From the IMG/VR virus record IMGVR_UViG_3300023179_007063, positions 33,088 through 97,087 of that record: a DNA stretch of 64,000 nucleotides; one strand, written 5' to 3'. Below the pieces are notes generated by a model that was given only the letters and a program-made list of their open reading frames with translations, searched no databases and was not told where the DNA came from. This DNA is from a virus. Below, in pieces: positions 36,862-46,771 of the stretch (position 1 is the stretch's first letter; every line of letters begins with the position of its first letter). The position numbers and the translations under genes were made by a program.

Positions 36862-38745
36862 ATGGCAATCATTAACAATCCACAAGCACTGAAGTCGGTC
36901 AGGCAACGGAACTACCTCGCAAGAGACTTCGACTCTCTTCGTGCAGTGATACTCGACTACGCACGTCAGTACTATCCTGACAGAATACAGGACTTCTCTG
37001 ACGCATCGCTCGGTGGTCTCTTTCTTGACATGGCTGCTTACGTTGGAGACAACCTCTCATTCTACCTAGATCACTTGTATTCAGAGCTCAACTACGACAC
37101 GGCTGTAGAGACTAAAAACATAGAGCGAGCCATAGCTAATGCAGGAATAAAGGTGGTGGGTGCCTCTGCATCTCTAGTCAACATCGACTTCTACATCGAA
37201 GTACCTGCCTCAGCATCAGACCCAACTAATCCTGACTTCAACTTGCTGCCTACAATAGCTGCAGGTACGACAGTTAGATCTGACAGCGGGATACTCTTCA
37301 CTCTTCTGCAGAATGCAGCATTCTGGAGATATGACGAAGCAGGAAATATTGTCCTCGGTAGCAACGTGACGAAGTCGACAGGGAGAAGAACTGGGGGTAA
37401 TATTGCTACTTACATCCTCAAGAAGTCCGGACCTGACACACTCTGCACAAGTGGCAACCTTACGACAGAATCTTTCTCAGTCGGTGTGTTCATACCATAC
37501 AGAAAGATAGTCCTGTCACAACCCGACATCACACAGGTGATAAGTGTAACAGACGGGTACGGAAACACATATTACGAAGTCGGAAGTCTATCACACGACG
37601 TCGTGTATAAGAGTGTTCTAAACACAAATACGTCGGACTCGAGTCTAGTTCAGAACGTAATTAAAGTAGTACCAGCTCCATACAGATATCTGCGAGACGT
37701 CTCTCTGCAGACACGAAACACAACACTGACTTTTGGCGGTGGATCCGCTGAGGACATACAAGACGACATAATTCCTGACCCATCACAGTTCGCTATTCCG
37801 CTGCCCTATGGCAACGCTTTCTCTAGGATTGGAATCAATCCATCGACTCTTTTGAAGACTACGACGCTTGGCACTGCAGCTTCCAATACGATGCTGAATA
37901 TCACGTATCGATACGGCGGCGGGCTCAGTCACAACGTGTCACCCGGATCGATTCGAACGATAGTAGGTCTAGACATGTCTTTCCCCACAAACCCATCTGC
38001 TGCCTTACAAGTACAAGTTCGAAACACGATCGAAGCATACAATGCCGCGGCAGCTGTAGGCGGAGAGGATGCCCCAACTTCAGATGAACTCTTGGCACTC
38101 ATCCCGGGAATGAAACATACACAGGAGAGAGTCGTGACCAAGGAAGATCTTCTAGCACGTGTGTACACGATGCCGAGCAACTTTGGAAGAGTCTTCAGAG
38201 CTGCTATCATGAGAAACGAGAACAATCCGCTAGCTATTCGATTGGCAATTGCCTCAAGAGATGAAAATAGCAAGTTGATTATCTCACCAAATACACTCAA
38301 GAACAACTTGAGGACATATCTCAACTCTTATAGAATGGTCTCCGATGCGATAGACGTTGAAGACGCAAAGATAGTTAATCTGCAGCTCTACTTCAAGATA
38401 GTGTCGGATCCTTCACTCAATAAGAGTACACTTATCTTCAACATCATCGGAGATCTAAAGAGTCAGTTCAATATAAAGAACTTTCAGATAAACCAGCCGA
38501 TCATCATCTCTGACATTATAAGCACCATCTTTGCTCGTCAAGGCGTTCTAGCTGTTGATAGAGTAGAGTTTAAAAACTTGTTCGGCCTGAATTCTGCGAT
38601 AAAGAACAACAAGAAATACTCAGACGTGATATTCGACCCGAAGTCGAACACAAGAAATTCGATATTGTACCCACCGGACGGCGGAATATTTGAGATAAGA
38701 TTCCCAGACATTGACATAATCGGAGAGGCAGTATCAGATGTATAA
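36862..38745 (+). CDS. Baseplate wedge subunit, gp6/baseplate J-like
   Basis: RDFDSLR, DFSDASLG..FLDMAAYVGD.LSFYLD, GGEDA, QERVVTKED. Confidence 0.88.
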   Translation: MAIINNPQALKSVRQRNYLARDFDSLRAVILDYARQYYPDRIQDFSDASLGGLFLDMAAYVGDNLSFYLDHLYSELNYDTAVETKNIERAIANAGIKVVGASASLVNIDFYIEVPASASDPTNPDFNLLPTIAAGTTVRSDSGILFTLLQNAAFWRYDEAGNIVLGSNVTKSTGRRTGGNIATYILKKSGPDTLCTSGNLTTESFSVGVFIPYRKIVLSQPDITQVISVTDGYGNTYYEVGSLSHDVVYKSVLNTNTSDSSLVQNVIKVVPAPYRYLRDVSLQTRNTTLTFGGGSAEDIQDDIIPDPSQFAIPLPYGNAFSRIGINPSTLLKTTTLGTAASNTMLNITYRYGGGLSHNVSPGSIRTIVGLDMSFPTNPSAALQVQVRNTIEAYNAAAAVGGEDAPTSDELLALIPGMKHTQERVVTKEDLLARVYTMPSNFGRVFRAAIMRNENNPLAIRLAIASRDENSKLIISPNTLKNNLRTYLNSYRMVSDAIDVEDAKIVNLQLYFKIVSDPSLNKSTLIFNIIGDLKSQFNIKNFQINQPIIISDIISTIFARQGVLAVDRVEFKNLFGLNSAIKNNKKYSDVIFDPKSNTRNSILYPPDGGIFEIRFPDIDIIGEAVSDV

Positions 38746-40234
38746 GGTCGCCAAGTCTGACAAAGACACGTACATAACCAGCAAGTACATTCAAAAGAAG
38801 TTAGTGACCGGAAGTAATGTCGGAATAGCTGCCTCTCTTGACCTCTACAAGCTCTATGGCAACACATACACAGGCAACACACCTAACACTGAACTTTCAC
38901 GTCTTCTAATCCATTTTGATCTCAAAGAGCTAAAGAACTTGCACGCCGAGAACAAAATAGACGTCTCAGACAGCAGCTTCTGGTGTAAACTTTCTCTCAA
39001 AGACGTGTACGCTGGTCAGACTACACCCTCTAACTTCAAAGTGAGTGTGTTTCCTCTGTCTGCTTCCTTCAATGAAGGCGTCGGAAAAGACGTTGTCTAT
39101 TACACAGATAGAGACGTCGCTAACTGGAAATACTCTGACTACGGTGTCGAGTGGTATGGCGTAGGATGCACAGGTGACTGTCTAGACGACACACCAGGCG
39201 ACTACATCATCAAGTATAAGAGCCTTGGTTCAACTGAGTCGACACAGACTTTTAAGACAGGTGCAGAAGACCTATTAGTTGACGTCACGAAGATCGTATC
39301 GGCGACAGTCGTCGGAGTGCTACCAGACAGCGGTTTTCGAGTGTCTCTGACTTCATCCCTGGAGTCAAATTCACAGACTTATTTCGTCAAGCGGTTTGGC
39401 AGTAGACACGCGTATAACACTCTCAAACATCCTCGATTGATCTATGGATTCGACGACTCTGTGAGCGACGACTCACAGAACTTGGTGTTTGACACAGACA
39501 GCAGTGTCAATCTATACAACTACGTCGCAGGAGAATCAGCTAACATAGTGTCTGCATCCTACGACATAGTCGGCTCTGATTCTTTGCTTCTAAAATTGGT
39601 AACAAGTATATCAGGCGGATTTTACGAAGATTACTTCACGGGTTCCCAGCTGACACTGGGAATAAATCCTGTAACAGGTGTGTACACAGCAACTGTCAAT
39701 GTGCCCTCCGACGACCCTGACATAGCGCAGAAGCTGGAGATGAGCGGATCTGTTAGTTTTACTCCCTATTGGAAGTCACTCGATGACAGCGTGTGTTATG
39801 CAACGGGCAGCACTCTAACATTTCGGCGGCCCGAGCGTACTTCTAAATCAAGCAAGAGCAGGTCCTATGTCGTCACAGTCACGGGTCTCAAATCGATAGA
39901 ACCAAAGAACAGTGAGACGTCCGTTAGGGTCAACATCTTCGATTATTCGAGCCCACTCATCCAGGTCGTGAGAGTCCCAGTCGAAATGCCGGGTATAGTC
40001 TTGAAGAACGTCTATTACAGCGTGAGGGACGTCTCTACAGGAGAGCAAGTGATACCATTCGACTTCGATAAGAACTCTACGAAAGTCTCTTCTGACTCTG
40101 ACGGCATGTTCTTCATACTCGACACCTCTGTATTGGAGCCAGGAAGGACTTATGTGATCGACGTCGCCGTCAAGATCAACGGAATGACTCAGAAGTTCGT
40201 CGATTGTTCACCCACTTTTAGGGTCGAGGAATAA
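38738..40234 (+). CDS. Virion structural protein (hypothetical)
   Basis: 498 aa; DTYI...SRLLIHFD N-terminus; coupled within the baseplate operon. Confidence 0.6.
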   Translation: MYKVAKSDKDTYITSKYIQKKLVTGSNVGIAASLDLYKLYGNTYTGNTPNTELSRLLIHFDLKELKNLHAENKIDVSDSSFWCKLSLKDVYAGQTTPSNFKVSVFPLSASFNEGVGKDVVYYTDRDVANWKYSDYGVEWYGVGCTGDCLDDTPGDYIIKYKSLGSTESTQTFKTGAEDLLVDVTKIVSATVVGVLPDSGFRVSLTSSLESNSQTYFVKRFGSRHAYNTLKHPRLIYGFDDSVSDDSQNLVFDTDSSVNLYNYVAGESANIVSASYDIVGSDSLLLKLVTSISGGFYEDYFTGSQLTLGINPVTGVYTATVNVPSDDPDIAQKLEMSGSVSFTPYWKSLDDSVCYATGSTLTFRRPERTSKSSKSRSYVVTVTGLKSIEPKNSETSVRVNIFDYSSPLIQVVRVPVEMPGIVLKNVYYSVRDVSTGEQVIPFDFDKNSTKVSSDSDGMFFILDTSVLEPGRTYVIDVAVKINGMTQKFVDCSPTFRVEE

Positions 40235-40237
40235 GGA

Positions 40238-43200
40238 ATGTCTGTAAGATCAACCTATCCATACATACAATCTTACATAAAGTCTGCTCGATTTGATGCC
40301 AAACCTGTCAGGCTGACGGGCATCGACGCCGGTCCCATATCACCAGAAGACACACGCGGACTCTTTAAGTACGATCCGCTCAGCTTCCCACTTAGAAATA
40401 CGCAGCAACTGAATCTCGACTGGTCGAGATTCGAGAACCACACGTTCTTCTCTTCAGCAGAAGTCAAGGTAAACGAGGCGTTCAATGCAATTATCAACGG
40501 CTATCCTTTCGATGGTACAAAACTCGAAGTTGAGCAGTTCCTGGACAAGCTATCGGGGTTTGATAAGTACGTTTACGACAATTTTCCCAGATGGAAGGGA
40601 GCTCTAGCATTCTCAGGGACAGCAGCTGGGGAAGACCCAGCGTCTGGATATGCAGCGGGCCTAGGTAACTGGATATCAGTCAAAGACTCAGCAGGATTCT
40701 TGTATCCTGACCTGGCGAAGAACTCTTCTGGGGACTCGATCCTCAATCCCGACGCTGACACTTCTTTCACAATAGAGGCACAGGTCTTCTTGCCGCAAAT
40801 CAGCAACGGCACACAGGTCATCTTCCAGAAGTCTTCGACACAGAAAGAAGGATTGTCTGTCCATCTTCAGCCCTCGTCTTCTGACGATGTGACAGCTGTA
40901 TTCAGCGTATCGTCAGGTTCATTTCAAAACAGCGTGTCAGCTAACCTCAAGAAGGGAGAGTACAACCACATTTGTGTGTCTCTCAACAAGTCTGACGCAA
41001 GAGAGCACGTTCTTCAGTTCTTTGTCAATGAAAATTTAGTAGCTACGAGCAAGAATAGCATAGAATTTGGGAAACTAAACATTGATACAGCTGAATTTCT
41101 GATAGGTTCCGGGACAGCATTCTTCTCGAACAAGACGCTCGTCACACCGACACAGACTTTCAGCGGCACTCTCGATGAACTAAGAGTATTTCACTCGCTT
41201 CGCGATGCAAAGACACAAAAGCTGTATGCAGCCAAGGGACTATATTCGACCCCCGACCTGAAGCTGTACTACAGGTTTAACGAGCCTCAAGGAAAATTGT
41301 CATCTGATCCGAATGACGATGTCAATAGAATAGTTCTTGACAGCAGTGGAAATGCTCTCCATTCTGTTGTCAATAACTTTACTTCGAGCCTCAGGATAGA
41401 CGCATCAAAAGACGTTCTAAACCCAGTCACACACGAGAGGGAAGAATTCACGGTAATTCTATTCCCGGCATACACAGATGTGCTAGATCTGAACGCAACG
41501 CTCCTCACCAGTGCATCTACGTATGACCGGTCAAACCCAAACTTAATTATCAACCTTGTTCCAAAGCACTATCTTCTCGAGGGAGCTTTCCAGGACGGAA
41601 CAAACACTGAGTTGGGAAACTATGGAGCTGCATACTCAGGAGACGGAATACCTGGTCAGGGCGTCAAGGGTACGGGCCAGATAATCTTGTCGTTTCTCTA
41701 CATCTGGGCTAAGTTCTTCGATGACATCAAGATGTATGTTGATTCTTTCAGCACACTGAGAACTGTCGACTACGAGACGAACGAGACGATTCCCGACAAT
41801 TTCTTAGACGATCTCATAAGAGAGAGTGGCTTCTATTTGCCACCGTTCTTCGCACACGCTTCAGTGGCTCAGTACATAGAAGGTGAGGACTATGCAGGAG
41901 TCGACTATGCGACGACACCGCTTAAGAAGATACACTCTGCTCTCTTAAGAAGAGTGCTTGTCAACCTACCTGACGTTGTTCGGTCAAAGGGAACTCAGCA
42001 CAGCATACGGTCGTTTCTTCGGTCTGTAGGCATCGATCCTGACAACAGCCTGAAGATCAGAGAATACGGTGGACCTACAGTCAAACAGCTCTCTACAGCG
42101 AGGTCCAAAAAGATGGTGACCGATGCCATGCTAGACTTTGTGACATCGAGCGTCGCGATCTCAAATCCCCTGTCAGCCTCTAGAGTAGAGCCTGGTTTCC
42201 CTAGACCGACAGGAAATTTCTTATATAGAAATGGCAACATCGTCGGAACTAGCGATGCATCAGACGGGCTTCTTACATCTGGTTCTTGGGCACTAGAGGG
42301 TGTCTTTAGAATACCCCCGCAGAAGACGTTTCAGATAACAGACGTCAACAACTACCAGTCTCTCATGAGAATGATAGTCACCGGTTCAACGGTCGCTAGC
42401 TCACCAGGCTTGGTGGCTAACATCATCGCAACACCAAGAATTGAGTTTGGTGCCACTCCTGCACGCGTATTAGCTTATCTACGGCCCGGAACAGCAACAA
42501 ATTCTCCGCTGCTCAAGATGAGCTTAGACATGGAAGGAAGCGGTCTGTTTGGCGGTGACAAGTGGTACGTTTCGATCGGCTGTCAACGCAATGATGCTTC
42601 ACAATCAGTTGTGTCCTCTTCGTACTTCTTGAGAGTTGCGTCACTCGACAACACAATACAGAATAAGCTATACCAGACGTCGTCCTTCTTCTTGGAAAAT
42701 CCTCTAGGAGAGGATAACGTCTTCAGAAAATCGAGTACGACACACAACGCTTCAGGATCTTATGTAGTCTTAGGAAAGAATCAGACCGTTCCTGGAGGAC
42801 TCAGTGTAAGTGGGTACAAGTTCTTGAATGACTATGACAGCGTACCAGACACAGCGAGAGTGAGAGATTTCATTGGTAGAGCATCTAACATCAAATTCTG
42901 GTCGAAGCATCTGGAAGACAGCGAGTGGAAAGAGCATGCAAAGAATTACAGATCGACGGGTGTCGATAATCCTCTCACTAACTACAGTTTCGTGAACGTA
43001 AAGAGCGGATCTTTTGAAAAGCTTAGAATGAATGCAATATCGAAGCAAGAAGTTCTGTCAGCTGATGCGTCGGGTAGGATAGAGCTCGTCGACTACAGTC
43101 TCAACAACAACTTCATCCATGCTTCCGGCTATGACTCTGGTTCGAACGTTTTGATGGGAGAGCAGTTCATCTTCACTCAGCTATCTACGACATTTGATGA

Positions 43201-43759
43201 AATTTCCTCCGACGATAAAGTGAGAATCAGAAGCTTCCTCAGCTTGGATGACGATATTCTCTCGGAAAATCCATGGTCTGTCCCAGCTCCGAGCTATTAT
43301 CACAGTCTCCAGATGAAGACACAAGTTCCGCAAGACGATACGAGGCTGTCGATAGAGTTCTCTCTCATCGACAGTCTCAATAACGACATTATCAACATGT
43401 TCTCTACATTCGATTCTCTCGCTTCTGCAATCGGAAATCCTGAGCTTGCGTTCTCGCCAGACTATCCGGCACTTGAGACAATGAGAGACATATACTTCAA
43501 CAGGCTGTCAGACAGAGTCTACTTCAAGAAGTTCTTAGAGTTCTACAGGTGGTTCGACATCTCTATATCTACCTTTATAGAGCAGCTGATGCCCGCCAAG
43601 ACGAAGTACAAAGGAACGAACTTCGTGATAGAGTCACACATGCTAGAGAGGCACAAGAAGCAGTACTTCCACAATGAGATGTACATGGGTGACAAGATGA
43701 TAGTCAATAACGATAACATCCTGCTGCAGCAGGTACAGACTACGCTGAAGAAGTACTAA
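40238..43759 (+). CDS. Large baseplate-associated protein with LamG/concanavalin A-like domains
   Basis: FTIEA.V, YNHICV, FSGTLDELRVF, LYYRFNE, DSSGN; SKGT..SIRSFL...IREYGG. Confidence 0.72.
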   Translation: MSVRSTYPYIQSYIKSARFDAKPVRLTGIDAGPISPEDTRGLFKYDPLSFPLRNTQQLNLDWSRFENHTFFSSAEVKVNEAFNAIINGYPFDGTKLEVEQFLDKLSGFDKYVYDNFPRWKGALAFSGTAAGEDPASGYAAGLGNWISVKDSAGFLYPDLAKNSSGDSILNPDADTSFTIEAQVFLPQISNGTQVIFQKSSTQKEGLSVHLQPSSSDDVTAVFSVSSGSFQNSVSANLKKGEYNHICVSLNKSDAREHVLQFFVNENLVATSKNSIEFGKLNIDTAEFLIGSGTAFFSNKTLVTPTQTFSGTLDELRVFHSLRDAKTQKLYAAKGLYSTPDLKLYYRFNEPQGKLSSDPNDDVNRIVLDSSGNALHSVVNNFTSSLRIDASKDVLNPVTHEREEFTVILFPAYTDVLDLNATLLTSASTYDRSNPNLIINLVPKHYLLEGAFQDGTNTELGNYGAAYSGDGIPGQGVKGTGQIILSFLYIWAKFFDDIKMYVDSFSTLRTVDYETNETIPDNFLDDLIRESGFYLPPFFAHASVAQYIEGEDYAGVDYATTPLKKIHSALLRRVLVNLPDVVRSKGTQHSIRSFLRSVGIDPDNSLKIREYGGPTVKQLSTARSKKMVTDAMLDFVTSSVAISNPLSASRVEPGFPRPTGNFLYRNGNIVGTSDASDGLLTSGSWALEGVFRIPPQKTFQITDVNNYQSLMRMIVTGSTVASSPGLVANIIATPRIEFGATPARVLAYLRPGTATNSPLLKMSLDMEGSGLFGGDKWYVSIGCQRNDASQSVVSSSYFLRVASLDNTIQNKLYQTSSFFLENPLGEDNVFRKSSTTHNASGSYVVLGKNQTVPGGLSVSGYKFLNDYDSVPDTARVRDFIGRASNIKFWSKHLEDSEWKEHAKNYRSTGVDNPLTNYSFVNVKSGSFEKLRMNAISKQEVLSADASGRIELVDYSLNNNFIHASGYDSGSNVLMGEQFIFTQLSTTFDEISSDDKVRIRSFLSLDDDILSENPWSVPAPSYYHSLQMKTQVPQDDTRLSIEFSLIDSLNNDIINMFSTFDSLASAIGNPELAFSPDYPALETMRDIYFNRLSDRVYFKKFLEFYRWFDISISTFIEQLMPAKTKYKGTNFVIESHMLERHKKQYFHNEMYMGDKMIVNNDNILLQQVQTTLKKY

Positions 43760-43775
43760 CAAGACAGGTATAAAC

Positions 43776-44819
43776 ATGCAGCTTGCAAGTCTCCCGGCAG
43801 GAAACGACGACGTCTTTAGTAACATTGCAGCGACGCGCACCATTCAAAAGCTTTATTTTGAAGATCAAGGACAACCAAGCTTTGTCTCCGGAAGCGCGGA
43901 CCAGAACGAGAAGTCAAGAGTTGTGGGCTTATTTGCTCACGAAAGACTAAACAACAAACAGAGTCTATCTCAGGCGGCGAAGCAGCGGCAGTCTCTTCAT
44001 GCTTACATCGTTAGTGGAACTCTTAGACAGGCTGATCAATTTAGAAACGGAATAGAGATATCTTCTAACACTATCTGGAGTTCTGGACTTGTAAAGATGT
44101 GGTCGGGAGATCCTGGGCACATAATCAAAAGTCCGAACTCCTACGGGGTCGTGAATCTTGACATCGTGGATTCAGACAGCTTCAAAGAGATTGACACTTT
44201 CAATCCTGTCGAATTCATAAAAGCTCAAGCAGACGAAGCAGTCTTCTACCACTATCAACTCGCATTCACTTATCCAATTGTAACGAGTGACGTCAATCAG
44301 AGAGAGAACTCAATCTTCAACGGCATCATTGAAGCAATGCCGATAAGAGAGATCATATCATTCTTCTCGATCAACGTTCCCTTCGAGCCTAGAGGAGTTG
44401 TTGGAGACTTCGGTGGAGGTAACTACAGGAGGCTCAGCAACTCTACAGACCAAGTTCTAACAGTAGAAGAATTCAATCCATCGATTCGTAATAAAACGCC
44501 ATACGCTGATCTGCTCGACGACGTGACTGTCACGAAGAAAGACGCATATGGAAATTCTTACAAAGTACACCTCGGATATACGATGGGGTACTTCTCGCAA
44601 GACTACAACAAAACAACACCTTTCGTCGACGAAGTAAATCCGAGAGACCACACAAATACCGGCACCTACGCTGAAGACATGATAAGCGTCATAAGGAACA
44701 TGCCGCCAAAAGACAACTACGTTAGAGAAAAACAACGGGCATCTACTTCTGGTTTTGTGTATGATAGCACAATCAGGGGTACAGACTCTCTGGCATTCGG
44801 AGGCCTCACGTATACATGA
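43776..44819 (+). CDS. Virion structural protein (hypothetical)
   Basis: 347 aa in the structural operon; C-terminal GTDSLAFGG. Confidence 0.55.
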   Translation: MQLASLPAGNDDVFSNIAATRTIQKLYFEDQGQPSFVSGSADQNEKSRVVGLFAHERLNNKQSLSQAAKQRQSLHAYIVSGTLRQADQFRNGIEISSNTIWSSGLVKMWSGDPGHIIKSPNSYGVVNLDIVDSDSFKEIDTFNPVEFIKAQADEAVFYHYQLAFTYPIVTSDVNQRENSIFNGIIEAMPIREIISFFSINVPFEPRGVVGDFGGGNYRRLSNSTDQVLTVEEFNPSIRNKTPYADLLDDVTVTKKDAYGNSYKVHLGYTMGYFSQDYNKTTPFVDEVNPRDHTNTGTYAEDMISVIRNMPPKDNYVREKQRASTSGFVYDSTIRGTDSLAFGGLTYT

Positions 44820-46771
44820 AAAAGAGAAGAATACTTCCGAGAAGAGAAGTTTCCCGCCTGGATCCTGTCGACTTCATAAAGAAGTCGACAGGCGTCTTCA
44901 ATGACTTAGACACGATATTCTTCTCAGGAAGCATGACTCTAGATATGCCCAGCGGACTCCCGCGGGGCAATAGTCTCCCCCTGTACGTGTCTTCAACTTA
45001 CGGTCGACAACTTTCTGACATAGTGTCGCAGTCAGACGCTGAGGGCCTGTATGTCACAGGAACGATGACGTGGGACTCTTTCGACAGATTTGTATATTCT
45101 GATCCGCTGGTAAGCGGATCAGCAGATCCCTTCAAAGAAGATGCGCTATTCGATCAAGGAACACAAGACTTAAGCTTCTTCAGCACGGGGTCTGACCCGA
45201 AGATTGGGAATGGTTCACTAAGAAAGCCGCTGACTAGCAAGGTGCAGATAAAGAAGTCTTTTTCAGTCAAGACTCAACAAGTTCTACCTGCAGCTACAAG
45301 CAGTTTCTACTACTTTGATGTAGCTGCAGGATCTTGGATCATTCCGGATGCTGTCAAGCCCATCTTGACAGACCCTTTCAAGAAGACATCATTTCCCACC
45401 GTAGTCTTCTGTCCCCCATCAATCAATGGGACTAGCGGCAGCCTCTACATCGAAGACGCGATAGGATTTGACGCATATGGCAATTTCTTGGCCTCGGGAT
45501 CTCGAGACATTCTAAGACAAGGATCAGACACAAAATCGACGTATTACTTCCCCGCTGAGGAGAAGACTAACAGCAGCTTGTCAGTATTTCTAAGCATTCA
45601 GCAAGACAAGTCTTTTACAAACAGCCTTGAATTCAAGGCGCAGGACGCGCAACAGTTCGAAGTCACCATATCTAGGCCCTTCATGCTTGAAAAGGCTACT
45701 GTCAGCATACCCGTGTGTGCTGGACCGGACTGGTTTCTAGACAAGACTGTCTCTCTTTTCATCACGGGCTCCGGAGACGACTTAAAGAGTGGATCCAGCT
45801 ACTCTATTGCCAATGAATATAGCATCGGAAATTCAGGAGGCCCGGCAGTCTCTGTTGCCCTCTTACACCAGAAAAGATTTGTGATAAACGGTGCTGATCT
45901 AAGCATAAGAGACGTAATATGTCATGCTTCTTTCACACACTCAGGAGACGTCGCTGACGCCACCTACGACATCATACAGCGTAGAGACCCCGACAGAACG
46001 CTTGTGACACCTGCAGGAATCGGATCAGAAGAGAACGGAGCCAACGTCGGCTCAGTAGTCACAGTTCCCGACAACCTCTACTTCACAGGAAGTGTGAGCG
46101 TCAACATGACATCCAGGTCTGAATGTGGAATAGCAGGCCACGTCAATAGAGTCTTTCCAGGCTCCACTGTTACTAAGGCGGCTTCGCAATTAAAGACTGT
46201 TCTCTCTACGAAGAAATTCCCAGAGAAAGAAAAGTTTATCAATTTGGAGTCGAATGCTGCAGGAGAGTACGGAATCGGTATTGCAGCGATTGTGCCCTTT
46301 GGAAGATCTCATACAGGTCTCACCGGTGGCGGAACGTCTCCTTTTGGTAGAGACTTCTTGATGTACGACTTTGGTCCTGGATTCCGAAACCCTGGGTACT
46401 CGTCAAATACATCTACTGTTGATGAAGCTGTTAATAAGTTTAGTGATGTATATGACGGGTCTTCTCCCTTTGGGGTTCAAGGATATTCCAACAACATTGC
46501 TTCCAAAGACTCACCTTATCTACTGATGCCCGGTGACAAACTGATACTCTGCGCCACGAAGACGAGACCAGCATATCAGCATCTCATGGGCGTCAATGTC
46601 GCAGTTGGAAGTACAGTACCTCTCAATGTCGGAAAATTTACCTATACGTCATCTTCCTATTACAACTCTCTCAGAAGCGGTAGGGGTCATGACATAATGT
46701 TCAACACAGGAAGCATAGACATCACATTGTTCGGAACCTATGTAAGCAACGGCGGCGAGTACTCAAGATGA
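44816..46771 (+). CDS. Virion structural protein (hypothetical)
   Basis: 651 aa, Ser/Gly/Thr-rich; coupled; SPYLLMPGDKL motif. Confidence 0.55.
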   Translation: MKKRRILPRREVSRLDPVDFIKKSTGVFNDLDTIFFSGSMTLDMPSGLPRGNSLPLYVSSTYGRQLSDIVSQSDAEGLYVTGTMTWDSFDRFVYSDPLVSGSADPFKEDALFDQGTQDLSFFSTGSDPKIGNGSLRKPLTSKVQIKKSFSVKTQQVLPAATSSFYYFDVAAGSWIIPDAVKPILTDPFKKTSFPTVVFCPPSINGTSGSLYIEDAIGFDAYGNFLASGSRDILRQGSDTKSTYYFPAEEKTNSSLSVFLSIQQDKSFTNSLEFKAQDAQQFEVTISRPFMLEKATVSIPVCAGPDWFLDKTVSLFITGSGDDLKSGSSYSIANEYSIGNSGGPAVSVALLHQKRFVINGADLSIRDVICHASFTHSGDVADATYDIIQRRDPDRTLVTPAGIGSEENGANVGSVVTVPDNLYFTGSVSVNMTSRSECGIAGHVNRVFPGSTVTKAASQLKTVLSTKKFPEKEKFINLESNAAGEYGIGIAAIVPFGRSHTGLTGGGTSPFGRDFLMYDFGPGFRNPGYSSNTSTVDEAVNKFSDVYDGSSPFGVQGYSNNIASKDSPYLLMPGDKLILCATKTRPAYQHLMGVNVAVGSTVPLNVGKFTYTSSSYYNSLRSGRGHDIMFNTGSIDITLFGTYVSNGGEYSR